From: a virus
Direction: 5' to 3' (one strand)
IMG/VR virus record: IMGVR_UViG_3300044796_000056
Span: 1-64,000 of that record
DNA length: 64,000 nt
The notes below the pieces were generated by a model. It was given only the letters and a program-made list of their open reading frames with translations, was not told the origin of the DNA and did not search any database. The position numbers and the translations under genes were made by a program. Below are positions 10,005 through 17,123 of this stretch, one piece after another (position 1 is the stretch's first letter; each line of letters opens with the position of its first letter).

Positions 10005-10229
10005 ATGGACGTAAATACTGCCATAGAAATAGCTAACTCAGCGGGTGGCATCTACCGCTGGGAAGGCAAATTGAATTTACACGCGGTGTATTTCGATTAT
10101 GGTGGCATGTACTTCACGGTCAAAGAGCTAGCCGGTATGCCAGAAATGCAATACGAGGCTATCATCCATTCTGTAGCTGAACGAGAGGCCTATCTGGCCG
10201 AGACATATGGCGGACCCACGAAACACTGA
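10005..10229 (+). CDS. hypothetical protein
   Basis: ATG 7 nt after TATAAT (leaderless). Confidence 0.6.
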   Translation: MDVNTAIEIANSAGGIYRWEGKLNLHAVYFDYGGMYFTVKELAGMPEMQYEAIIHSVAEREAYLAETYGGPTKH

Positions 10230-10389
10230 GAAAGAGATCGACTACCGGAAGCCCACAAGGATTAACCGGAATGTCAGGAAGACGGAAAAGAAGCAGGCTG
10301 CTGCACCGCATCGGCGCTCGGAAGCCTATCACCGTGAACGGTTCGACACTCGCCGCGCGATTGACTTGATGGATGATGACGAATTTTAA
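10207..10389 (+). CDS. hypothetical basic protein
   Basis: Overlaps upstream ORF end. Confidence 0.5.
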   Translation: MADPRNTEKEIDYRKPTRINRNVRKTEKKQAAAPHRRSEAYHRERFDTRRAIDLMDDDEF

Positions 10390-10539
10390 GAGTTAGATCA
10401 ATTACTTAAGACTGAATTGACCTGATTCTACTATATAGGATACTTGAAGTACTTAACTTAAGACCTCAGAACATTACGAATTGATTAAGATCAATTCTTA
10501 GACTTTACTTCTGAGAAAACTAGAGTATAATAGTCTTCA

Positions 10540-11562
10540 TGGTTGAGGTAGCGGCACAAACCGCACCTGAACCTTCGATGGGGTCGTCAGAGAACCGCAC
10601 TAGAAGGTCGAACAGGATGTTCGATAGTCGAAACCGGGAGTCACCAACAAGGTGACGTTGACGACGCAACTCATGGGCCCTCTCCCATGCCAGGCACGCG
10701 GTCACTCTACCACAGAACCGCTGGAACAAGATTTCTTTTGATACGGTCAGCGTCCTCTCAACATGGACTAGCGTTTGGTTGTAAAGCCATCGATGACTCC
10801 GGATTACGTAACCGGAACATATTCTTCAATACATATGGGTGGGCAACGACCACCGCCGAAAATGCCAGGCTAATGTTGTTGAACTGTCTTTAAGTGTCCG
10901 TCTAGATAACGGTAACACCAAGACTCCGGATCAGTAACCGGAAATTATCTTCTGGGTTGCCTCCGCCGCCAACTTCTCTGGTCCATCCGCCAAAGGGTGG
11001 CACTGCTTGACAAAATTATATCCGCAGTGAAAGTGAGGAAATATTCCGATGGCTAACGCTGTCGTGACCAACAGGCCGGAAACGGTAAGCGTTGGTCTAG
11101 CCGTAAAGGTAGAAGTAAGAGCCAAGTGGATTGCCACCTTGAGGCTCATGAGCACTGCTGAGTGAGGCAACGTTGAGTTGCACCAGCACTCTTTAAGTAG
11201 GGTAGAGTGACATACTTGCCTGGTCGGATGATACGTGAGTAGGGTTGCAAACCGGAAACGTATCAGCGTGTGAAAATCATCGCCGTGCGGGACACCGAAA
11301 TGTCCCAGTCATTCAAGGTTTACTGGACCGGCTGCAACTGGTCCAGTAGAAGTCAGGCACGGCAAAGACTAAGCTTGCAGGTTGATGTCGAAACCGAGTA
11401 TGGTCGTCTAGTGGATAGGACGCTCCCGTTAAGGGGGAAACGAGTGTTCGAATCACTCTCATGCGTTGTCCTGACTTAAATTATCGAAGTGGGTTCAACT
11501 CCTACGGGTGCCCGGTGGCTAGCGTACATCGGCGAAACGATGTGACAGCCGGAGAGACGGCA
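10540..11562 (+). ncRNA. large ornate structured RNA, GOLLD-like
   Basis: ~1 kb without credible ORF after promoter 10506-10531; long-range helix 10690-10711 with 11201-11223; E-loop/GNRA hairpins; directly precedes the tRNA array. Confidence 0.65.
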
Positions 11563-11571
11563 AAGATTTAT

Positions 11572-11646
11572 TCCGACTGACGCGCAAGGTGTGCGGTGCC
11601 GCTGTTAACGGCCTGTGGATAGGTTCGATTCCTATAGTCGGAGCCA
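11572..11646 (+). tRNA. tRNA-Asn(GTT)
   Basis: Cloverleaf, loop CTGTTAA, CCA. Confidence 0.92.
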
Positions 11647-11650
11647 ATTT

Positions 11651-11726
11651 GGGTTTATAGCACAACGGCCAATGCATCCGGCTCTTAACCGGTAAGATCA
11701 GGGTTCGAATCCCTGTAAACCCACCA
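11651..11726 (+). tRNA. tRNA-Lys(CTT)
   Basis: Loop CTCTTAA, CCA. Confidence 0.95.
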
Positions 11727-11732
11727 GAAGAT

Positions 11733-11786
11733 TGATGTGTTGACCTTACGTCGCCGGTTGCGGAATGACGGGTCTAGACATCACCA
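11733..11786 (+). ncRNA. CCA-terminated hairpin RNA
   Basis: TGATGT/ACATCA stem plus CCA; internal GACC/GGTC and CGTC/GACG stems. Confidence 0.45.
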
Positions 11787-11835
11787 CGTCGAGTCGTGGC
11801 GTTTCGCGCAACAACGAAAGAGCGCGCTTGAATTC

Positions 11836-11909
11836 GGGCGGTTAGTATAGCGGGATTATGCCTGGCTTGCATCCAGGTGACAGGGGTTCGACTCCCCTAC
11901 TGTCCACCA
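11836..11909 (+). tRNA. tRNA-Ala(TGC)
   Basis: Loop CTTGCAT, G3-U70, CCA. Confidence 0.95.
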
Positions 11910-11914
11910 ATCCA

Positions 11915-11948
11915 TGGGCGAAGCGGCGAAAGCCTTAGTAGTCCACCA
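11915..11948 (+). ncRNA. 34-nt CCA-terminated minihelix
   Basis: TGGGC/GTCCA stem, GGC-GAAA-GCC, CCA end. Confidence 0.45.
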
Positions 11949-11954
11949 GTTTAT

Positions 11955-12035
11955 GTCCTGTCACACTCGGCGAGTGGTTGGCGTGCAGACGTGTACGTCA
12001 GACGAAGAAGGCTTCATTAACCTCGCAGGACTCCA
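11955..12035 (+). ncRNA. tRNA-like RNA without an anticodon loop
   Basis: GTCCTG/CAGGAC plus TCCA, D-like hairpin, 9-bp central stem with tetraloop, degenerate T arm. Confidence 0.55.
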
Positions 12036-12042
12036 AGTTTAC

Positions 12043-12117
12043 GCGGATGTGGCAGAATGGTAATGCCCAACTTTGCCAAAGTTGTGCTCGAGGGTTCGAT
12101 TCCCTTCGTCCGCTCCA
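12043..12117 (+). tRNA. tRNA-Gly(GCC)
   Basis: Loop TTGCCAA, TCCA. Confidence 0.93.
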
Positions 12118-12121
12118 TTTC

Positions 12122-12197
12122 GGGTTATTAGCTCAGAGGCAGAGCATCCGGCTTTTAACCGGTAAGGTCGAGATATCGTAATTCTCATAACCCACCA
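12122..12197 (+). tRNA. tRNA-Lys(TTT)
   Basis: Loop CTTTTAA, atypical T loop ATCGTAA, CCA. Confidence 0.9.
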
Positions 12198-12204
12198 AGT
12201 TTAT

Positions 12205-12279
12205 GGCGTGTCTATGGTTGAGGTTGGATCGCACCCAGCAGGACTTGAAGCAAGGAGTTAGTAGCTCTCCACGCCACCA
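12205..12279 (+). ncRNA. D-armless tRNA-like RNA (CGC in a 7-nt loop)
   Basis: GGCGTG/CACGCC plus ACCA; GTTGG-ATCGCAC-CCAGC arm. Confidence 0.5.
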
Positions 12280-12286
12280 GTATTAT

Positions 12287-12360
12287 TCACTGATCGTCCA
12301 GCGGCAGGACATCTGGCTCTGACCCAGAGAACCTAGGTTCGAATCCTAGTCGGTGATCCA
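12287..12360 (+). tRNA. tRNA-Gln(CTG)
   Basis: Loop CTCTGAC, CCA. Confidence 0.93.
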
Positions 12361-12374
12361 GACTATATAATCTC

Positions 12375-12677
12375 ATGCGCAAAGTAAGATTTCCTACTGA
12401 TATTGAACGTGCAGCCTACAGACGCAAAGTCGTCGCCCGTTTCAAACGGTTGAAAGGCTGTACTGACTGTGGCTACAAAGCCAATTCAGCAGCGTTAGAA
12501 TTTGATCATGTCGACGAAACTACCAAGACCAAAACGGTAGGATCGTTGATGTACAACGGATGGAAAGACATCAAGAATGAAATAGCAAAATGCGTCGTAC
12601 GATGTGCGAATTGCCACGCTATCAGAACACTTGAAAGAAACTACCGTAAGAAAGATTATGCCCGAGTGGTGGAATAG
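12375..12677 (+). CDS. small HNH endonuclease
   Basis: CTDC...LEFDH...CANCH; 3' end overlaps tRNA-Leu. Confidence 0.85.
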   Translation: MRKVRFPTDIERAAYRRKVVARFKRLKGCTDCGYKANSAALEFDHVDETTKTKTVGSLMYNGWKDIKNEIAKCVVRCANCHAIRTLERNYRKKDYARVVE

Positions 12678-12742
12678 GCAGACACACCGCGCTTAGAACG
12701 CGACGCGAAAGCATGCAGGTTCGATTCCTGTCTCGGGTACCA
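12660..12742 (+). tRNA. tRNA-Leu(TAG)
   Basis: Loop CTTAGAA, long V arm, CCA. Confidence 0.93.
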
Positions 12743-12748
12743 AGTTTT

Positions 12749-12808
12749 GCTAGCAGAACGTCCTCTCACACCAGGCAATTAGAGCCGAAATGTCAAGACG
12801 CTGCGGCT
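12749..12808 (+). ncRNA. repeated pseudoknot RNA motif, copy 1
   Basis: 36-nt core shared with copy 2, different but paired outer stem. Confidence 0.65.
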
Positions 12809-12814
12809 ACCGTT

Positions 12815-12891
12815 TGCGGGTTGGAGAAGTGGCTATCTCGCTTGCCTCATAAGCAAGAGATCCTGGGTTCGAGTCCCAGACTCCGCTACCA
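12815..12891 (+). tRNA. tRNA-Met(CAT), initiator-like acceptor end
   Basis: Loop CTCATAA, unpaired 1-72, CCA. Confidence 0.88.
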
Positions 12892-12998
12892 AATTTGTGG
12901 ACTATTCATCGGGCGAGAGCATCCGCTGTAACAGGCGCGTGATGCCAGTGCAGGTGCTCAATCCATCGTTCTGCCTGACGATACAGGCTTCTTATTCT

Positions 12999-13073
12999 GC
13001 CTTCAAAGCGTAAAAGGTGACGCGGTGGTTTTGTAATCCACAGAACACGGTTCGATTCCGTGTGAAGGCTCCA
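12999..13073 (+). tRNA. tRNA-Thr(TGT)
   Basis: Loop TTTGTAA, CCA. Confidence 0.9.
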
Positions 13074-13083
13074 AGTTTAGTTG

Positions 13084-13150
13084 CCAGTTCTACCGGTCTC
13101 CGAGCCGGTCACCCGACACTAGTGTGGCAGGGTGCACAAATACTGGACCA
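13084..13150 (+). ncRNA. CCA-terminated three-way-junction RNA
   Basis: CCAGT/ACTGG plus ACCA; ACCGG/CCGGT and CACCC/GGGTG arms. Confidence 0.5.
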
Positions 13151-13163
13151 ATTCAAAGTTTAT

Positions 13164-13249
13164 GCGTCGTTGTGTGAGTGGTTAAAACAATCTGTCTGTA
13201 AAACAGATCTCTTCGGGGTACGGTGGTTCGAATCCATCACGGCGCACCA
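13164..13249 (+). tRNA. tRNA-Tyr(GTA)
   Basis: Loop CTGTAAA, long V arm, CCA. Confidence 0.93.
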
Positions 13250-13259
13250 ATTTCAATAT

Positions 13260-13338
13260 GGCACCTTAGCATAGCCTGGCTTAATGCGCTACCCTGTCAC
13301 GGTAGAGATCACGGGTTCGAATCCCGTAGGTGTCGCCA
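13260..13338 (+). tRNA. tRNA-Asp(GTC)
   Basis: Loop CTGTCAC, GCCA. Confidence 0.93.
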
Positions 13339-13343
13339 ATTAT

Positions 13344-13418
13344 GCCTCGTTAGCTCAGCGATAGAGCGCCTCGTTTACACCGAGGATGTCGGCGGTTTGA
13401 TCCCGTCACGAGGTACCA
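13344..13418 (+). tRNA. tRNA-Val(TAC)
   Basis: Loop TTTACAC, CCA. Confidence 0.93.
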
Positions 13419-13424
13419 GTTTAT

Positions 13425-13499
13425 GCCTCACTCGTCCAAAGGCAAGGACGGCTGCCTGATTAGCGGCAAATCGCGGTTCGAGTCCGTGGTGAGGTACCA
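13425..13499 (+). tRNA. tRNA-Ile(GAT)
   Basis: Loop CTGATTA, CCA. Confidence 0.9.
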
Positions 13500-13505
13500 A
13501 TCAAT

Positions 13506-13579
13506 GTCCGTCAAGTGTTACGGTAGCACAGCTGTCTCCAAAACAGCGGGCCGGGGTTCGACTCCCTGGATGGACGCCA
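13506..13579 (+). tRNA. tRNA-Trp(CCA)
   Basis: Loop CTCCAAA, GCCA. Confidence 0.92.
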
Positions 13580-13583
13580 AATT

Positions 13584-13658
13584 GCCCTTATAGCATAACG
13601 GATAGTGTACAGTCCTGCGAAGACTGTGATCCAGGTTCGATTCCTGGTATGGGCGCCA
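13584..13658 (+). tRNA. tRNA-Arg(GCG)
   Basis: Loop CTGCGAA, GCCA. Confidence 0.9.
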
Positions 13659-13666
13659 ATTTGTAA

Positions 13667-13724
13667 AGCCGGAACAGGCCTCTCGCACCAGGCAATTAGA
13701 GCCAAAATGCCAAGCCTCCCGGCT
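13667..13724 (+). ncRNA. repeated pseudoknot RNA motif, copy 2
   Basis: AGCCGG/CCGGCT and AGGC/GCCT stems around the shared core. Confidence 0.65.
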
Positions 13725-13733
13725 AATTTATTT

Positions 13734-13807
13734 CAGGGTAAGGTGTTACGGTAGCATCCGAGTTTTGGAAACTTGTGGCCGGAGTTCAACTCTCCGTACC
13801 CTGACCA
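13734..13807 (+). tRNA. tRNA-Pro(TGG)
   Basis: Loop TTTGGAA, C1-G72, ACCA. Confidence 0.88.
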
Positions 13808-13813
13808 ATTTAT

Positions 13814-13887
13814 GCGGGATAAGTGTTTGGGTTACACGATAGTCTTCCAAACTATCATAGCGGGTTCGAGTCCCGCACTCCGCTCCA
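13814..13887 (+). tRNA. tRNA-Gly(TCC)
   Basis: Loop CTTCCAA, TCCA. Confidence 0.88.
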
Positions 13888-13894
13888 AGTTTAT

Positions 13895-13968
13895 GCTTCT
13901 TTCACACAACTGAATCAGTGTGTAAACCATGTGAGCGCGCAAGCGGGTCGTTGGTAGAGGAGCTCCCA
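13895..13968 (+). ncRNA. acceptor-stem-closed structured RNA
   Basis: GCTTCTTT/AGAGGAGC stem, CACAC/GTGTG arm, GCAA tetraloop arm. Confidence 0.4.
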
Positions 13969-13982
13969 ACCTCCTTTATTAT

Positions 13983-14057
13983 TCACTGATCGTCTAATTG
14001 GCAGGACGCGAGGCTTTGACCCTCTGAATCTAGGTTCGAGTCCTAGTCGGTGATCCA
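13983..14057 (+). tRNA. tRNA-Gln(TTG)
   Basis: Loop CTTTGAC, CCA. Confidence 0.92.
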
Positions 14058-14063
14058 GTTTTT

Positions 14064-14139
14064 GCTCCTATAGAATAGAGGCCCAGTTCGCGACCCTCTC
14101 AAGGTTGACACACCGGTTCGAATCCGGTTAGGAGCGCCA
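14064..14139 (+). tRNA. tRNA-Glu(CTC)
   Basis: Loop CTCTCAA, GCCA. Confidence 0.9.
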
Positions 14140-14146
14140 AATTATT

Positions 14147-14223
14147 CGGAGTGTAGCTCAGCCTGGTAGAGCGCGTGCCTTGGGCGCATGAGGTCGCAGG
14201 TTCGATTCCTGTCTCTCCGACCA
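14147..14223 (+). tRNA. tRNA-Pro(TGG), second copy
   Basis: Loop CTTGGGC, canonical CGGAGTG start, ACCA. Confidence 0.92.
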
Positions 14224-14346
14224 TCTTTAAGTTGACGAGAGTTGGCCGTGTCATGAGCGGCATCGCCTCAAGCTGGTACTGTCATGGGTATCACGGCGGA
14301 CTACCGAATATTCCCGGAACCGTTCAACTTAATCTTTTCAGTTTAT

Positions 14347-14423
14347 GCACTTATCGTCTAGTGGCTCAGGATACTCGCCTTTCAAGCGGGATGACTGGGG
14401 TTCGAATCCCCATAGGTGCGCCA
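14347..14423 (+). tRNA. tRNA-Glu(TTC)
   Basis: Loop CTTTCAA, GCCA. Confidence 0.93.
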
Positions 14424-14428
14424 ATTAT

Positions 14429-14503
14429 GCCTCTGAAGCTCAATGGAAGAGCAGCACGCTTCGAACGTGTTGGGTGCAGGTTCGAGTCCTGTCAGGGGTG
14501 CCA
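14429..14503 (+). tRNA. tRNA-Arg(TCG)
   Basis: Loop CTTCGAA, GCCA. Confidence 0.92.
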
Positions 14504-14580
14504 AATATGGACAAGGGTCCCGGTGAGTGTTCCACTTCACTGTACAACTAGAAGCCTGATGTATTTCAGGCAAGAATTAT

Positions 14581-14657
14581 GTCCTCTTAGCTCAACTGGA
14601 TAGAGCGCCGAGCTTCTACCTCGGATGTTACGGGTTCGAGTCCTGTAGAGGATGCCA
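14581..14657 (+). tRNA. tRNA-Arg(TCT)
   Basis: Loop CTTCTAC, GCCA. Confidence 0.94.
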
Positions 14658-14661
14658 TTTA

Positions 14662-14769
14662 TGACCGGTCTTGAGATGTAGGACACTACGATTTGATAGA
14701 CGGATAAGTTCAATCTTGCCGCATACATATCAGCAAGTGGATTCGCGACTCGCGCGAACACGGTCACCA
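14662..14769 (+). ncRNA. 108-nt CCA-terminated structured RNA
   Basis: TGACCG/CGGTCA plus CCA; internal T-loop-like AAG-TTCAAT-CTT. Confidence 0.5.
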
Positions 14770-14776
14770 AGTTTAT

Positions 14777-14852
14777 TCTCCTGTACGCCAATGCCAGAGC
14801 GGCTGCCCAATACGGCAGTGGAAGTGAAGGTACAGTCCTTCCGGGAGAGCCA
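14777..14852 (+). tRNA. non-canonical or pseudo tRNA (6-nt anticodon and T loops)
   Basis: TCTCCTG/CGGGAGA plus GCCA; CTGCC-CAATAC-GGCAG; GAAGG-TACAGT-CCTTC. Confidence 0.6.
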
Positions 14853-14857
14853 ATTAC

Positions 14858-14933
14858 GTCCTTGTAGCTCAGCGGATAGAGCGGCGATCTCCTACATCGC
14901 AGGTCGTGGGCTCGACTCCCACCAAGGACTCCA
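14858..14933 (+). tRNA. tRNA-Arg(CCT)
   Basis: Loop CTCCTAC, CCA. Confidence 0.92.
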
Positions 14934-15092
14934 AGTTGCTCCACATTCCGGCCGGAGTGTACCCAATCCGCTAACGCAGAACGGGGCAATGCCAGGGAGC
15001 ATTCAGTTTAGTCAGTACCGGTCACACGTCACCTGAAGACATAGGGCAGACCGGCTAAGAGATAGCATGCCAGACTACTGACATTTGATTAT

Positions 15093-15168
15093 GGAGTTTG
15101 TCAGCCAGCGGTTAGGCTCCCTCTCTGTGAAAGAGGTAACTCGGGTTCGAATCCCGACATTCTCCCCA
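15093..15168 (+). tRNA. tRNA-His(GTG)
   Basis: Loop CTGTGAA, G-1/C73, CCA. Confidence 0.85.
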
Positions 15169-15218
15169 ATAATTTTACCTTTCAATATATAAAAGTATCA
15201 TCACTCTTTGAGGGTACT

Positions 15219-15929
15219 TTGATGCGCAACCCGCTACTAGCTGCTTTGATGGCTCTGTTGTTTGGTTGTACGCAAAGTAATTACGAACAGTCACTGACAG
15301 CAATTCGACTAGACATGGATGACGGTAGCATTTGCTCCGGCACCATAGTGGGTCCTCACGTCCTATTGACAGCGGCGCACTGCCTTGAGCGAGAACCTAT
15401 CATCAATCTGGATAAGATCCAAGATGATCAACAGGGTCCTCCTGCTCCACCAAAGAAACCCGAACCAAAGAAGCCTAAGAAACCATTCAACTTCTTGGAC
15501 TTGATCACGATTCCTCCTCCATTCACGTCAGTGGCCATCAATGGCCGTGAAACAAAGATTCTGTCTATTGTGCCTGATCACAACGACCATGTCTTAGTCG
15601 AGGTAGACTACACGTTCAATCACTATGCCTCCTTGGCGGTCAACCGACCAGCTGTGGGTGGCAAAGTTCATTACTGGGGCAACCCTGCCGGTAAGCTCAT
15701 GGTCTACCGGGAAGGCTACGTCAGCTTCTACGATAAGACGATGATGGAAATGGATGTCAACGGTTTCTTCGGTGACAGTGGTTCCGGTATCTTCAATGAA
15801 GCCGGTCAGATTGTAGGAGTCATGAACGTCATAGACTTCGATCATCACCACGGTTTACAATTTTCATTGATGGGTTCTGAGCAGCTAGAATTTACTCCAC
15901 AACAGTTGGATATGCTCGGGATTCAATAA
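15219..15929 (+). CDS. trypsin-like serine protease, lipoprotein
   Basis: Lipobox LFGC; LTAAHC and GDSGS catalytic motifs. Confidence 0.88.
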   Translation: MMRNPLLAALMALLFGCTQSNYEQSLTAIRLDMDDGSICSGTIVGPHVLLTAAHCLEREPIINLDKIQDDQQGPPAPPKKPEPKKPKKPFNFLDLITIPPPFTSVAINGRETKILSIVPDHNDHVLVEVDYTFNHYASLAVNRPAVGGKVHYWGNPAGKLMVYREGYVSFYDKTMMEMDVNGFFGDSGSGIFNEAGQIVGVMNVIDFDHHHGLQFSLMGSEQLEFTPQQLDMLGIQ

Positions 15930-15936
15930 AGTATAT

Positions 15937-16028
15937 GGATGGTTGGCAGAGTCCGGCTTATTGCACTAGTCTTGAAAACTAGCAGACCAGAAATGGTCAC
16001 GTGGGTTCAAATCCTACACCATCCGCCA
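15937..16028 (+). tRNA. tRNA-Ser(TGA)
   Basis: Loop CTTGAAA, long V arm, GCCA. Confidence 0.94.
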
Positions 16029-16110
16029 GAGCAAGGGAGACATGTTGGTTCGACTCCAACCGTGAACAGTACGGCTGCACGCAGGATATCTGGAACATCC
16101 GCTCCCGCTT
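16029..16110 (+). ncRNA. T-arm-first (circularly permuted) tRNA-like RNA, YrlA-like topology
   Basis: GGGAG/CTCCC closing stem; perfect T arm GTTGG-TTCGACT-CCAAC at the 5' side. Confidence 0.45.
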
Positions 16111-16178
16111 GATCTAGACGCTCTCACTGCTTAGCGATACAGAGCAGTTGACCGGGAAGAAAGGTTCCCACGAATTAT

Positions 16179-16268
16179 GGGTGATTGGCCGAGCGGTTTA
16201 AGGCACCTGCCTAGAAAGCAGAAGAGGGCTAACGTCCTCCGTGGGTTCGAATCCTACATCACCCGCCA
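16179..16268 (+). tRNA. tRNA-Ser(AGA)
   Basis: Loop CTAGAAA, long V arm, G73, CCA. Confidence 0.88.
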
Positions 16269-16282
16269 GATTAAATGATTTT

Positions 16283-16359
16283 GCCCCACTGACGGAATTG
16301 GCATACGTACCACACTCAAAACGTGGGTTTTCAGGGTTCGACTCCCTGGTAGGGCACCA
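16283..16359 (+). tRNA. tRNA-Leu(CAA), short variable loop
   Basis: Loop CTCAAAA, ACCA. Confidence 0.85.
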
Positions 16360-16518
16360 GATGTCTTGATGTTGATGTTTACAAGGTGACTTATGCGATA
16401 GCAATACGACCCTTAATGAAATTTTACTTATAGAAAGTTTATAGATTGATTTTACATGTAATGGCGCAGAAAGTTGCCGGTCTCATAAACTGGCGATCAA
16501 TGGGCCATGAAGTGTAAC

Positions 16519-16591
16519 GACTTGCCAATTGTTAAGGCAGCATGCCCGGCTTTAAACCGGGAAGAGTTGGTTCGATTCCAACGACAAGTCA
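16519..16591 (+). tRNA. tRNA-like gene with TTA (ochre) anticodon
   Basis: CCCGG-CTTTAAA-CCGGG, perfect T arm, GACTTG/CAAGTC; no encoded CCA. Confidence 0.6.
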
Positions 16592-16744
16592 TAGAAGATT
16601 GTATGCATTCCTAATGTCCGAGTCTGGTTACAGGTATACAATCTACAGGTCTTAAGGATACGAGCAGGCAACGTTGTTCTCCTGCTACGTTTAGGAACAC
16701 GTCCTTACGGTGTGCTGGCCACATAAAAGGTTCCTACTTATTAC

Positions 16745-16819
16745 GGGTTCTTAGCTGAGACGGATTAGCGCTGGTCTGAAAAGCCGGAGAGGAAGGATCG
16801 TTACCTTCAGTGCCCACCA
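16745..16819 (+). tRNA. tRNA-Phe(GAA)
   Basis: Loop CTGAAAA, atypical T loop, ACCA. Confidence 0.88.
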
Positions 16820-16903
16820 ATTTCGATTTTGGGTTCGACACCCAACGTTCAAGGACACCCGCAAGGGTGACTTACACTTGCGGCAGGAGCAATCATTTAT
16901 TAC

Positions 16904-16981
16904 GGTGATGTGGCGGAGATGGCTCATCGCGCTTTCCTCATAAGAAAGAGAACACTGGTTCGAGTCCAGTTATCACCACCA
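16904..16981 (+). tRNA. tRNA-Met(CAT) (elongator or Ile2)
   Basis: Loop CTCATAA, ACCA. Confidence 0.9.
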
Positions 16982-17039
16982 AGTTTAGGTCTGCGTTAGA
17001 CCGTAAGGTCTCTATCTGGTTGACATGGGACGCAGTAAT

Positions 17040-17123
17040 CGCTAACACCAAAGGAACCGCTAAGAACCGCAATCGGTTCTTGATGAGCAATCATCAGTCG
17101 GTAACGAACCCCATTAGCGTCCA
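17040..17123 (+). ncRNA. CCA-terminated structured RNA
   Basis: CGCTAA/TTAGCG plus TCCA; AAGAACCG/CGGTTCTT and TGATGA/TCATCA arms. Confidence 0.5.
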
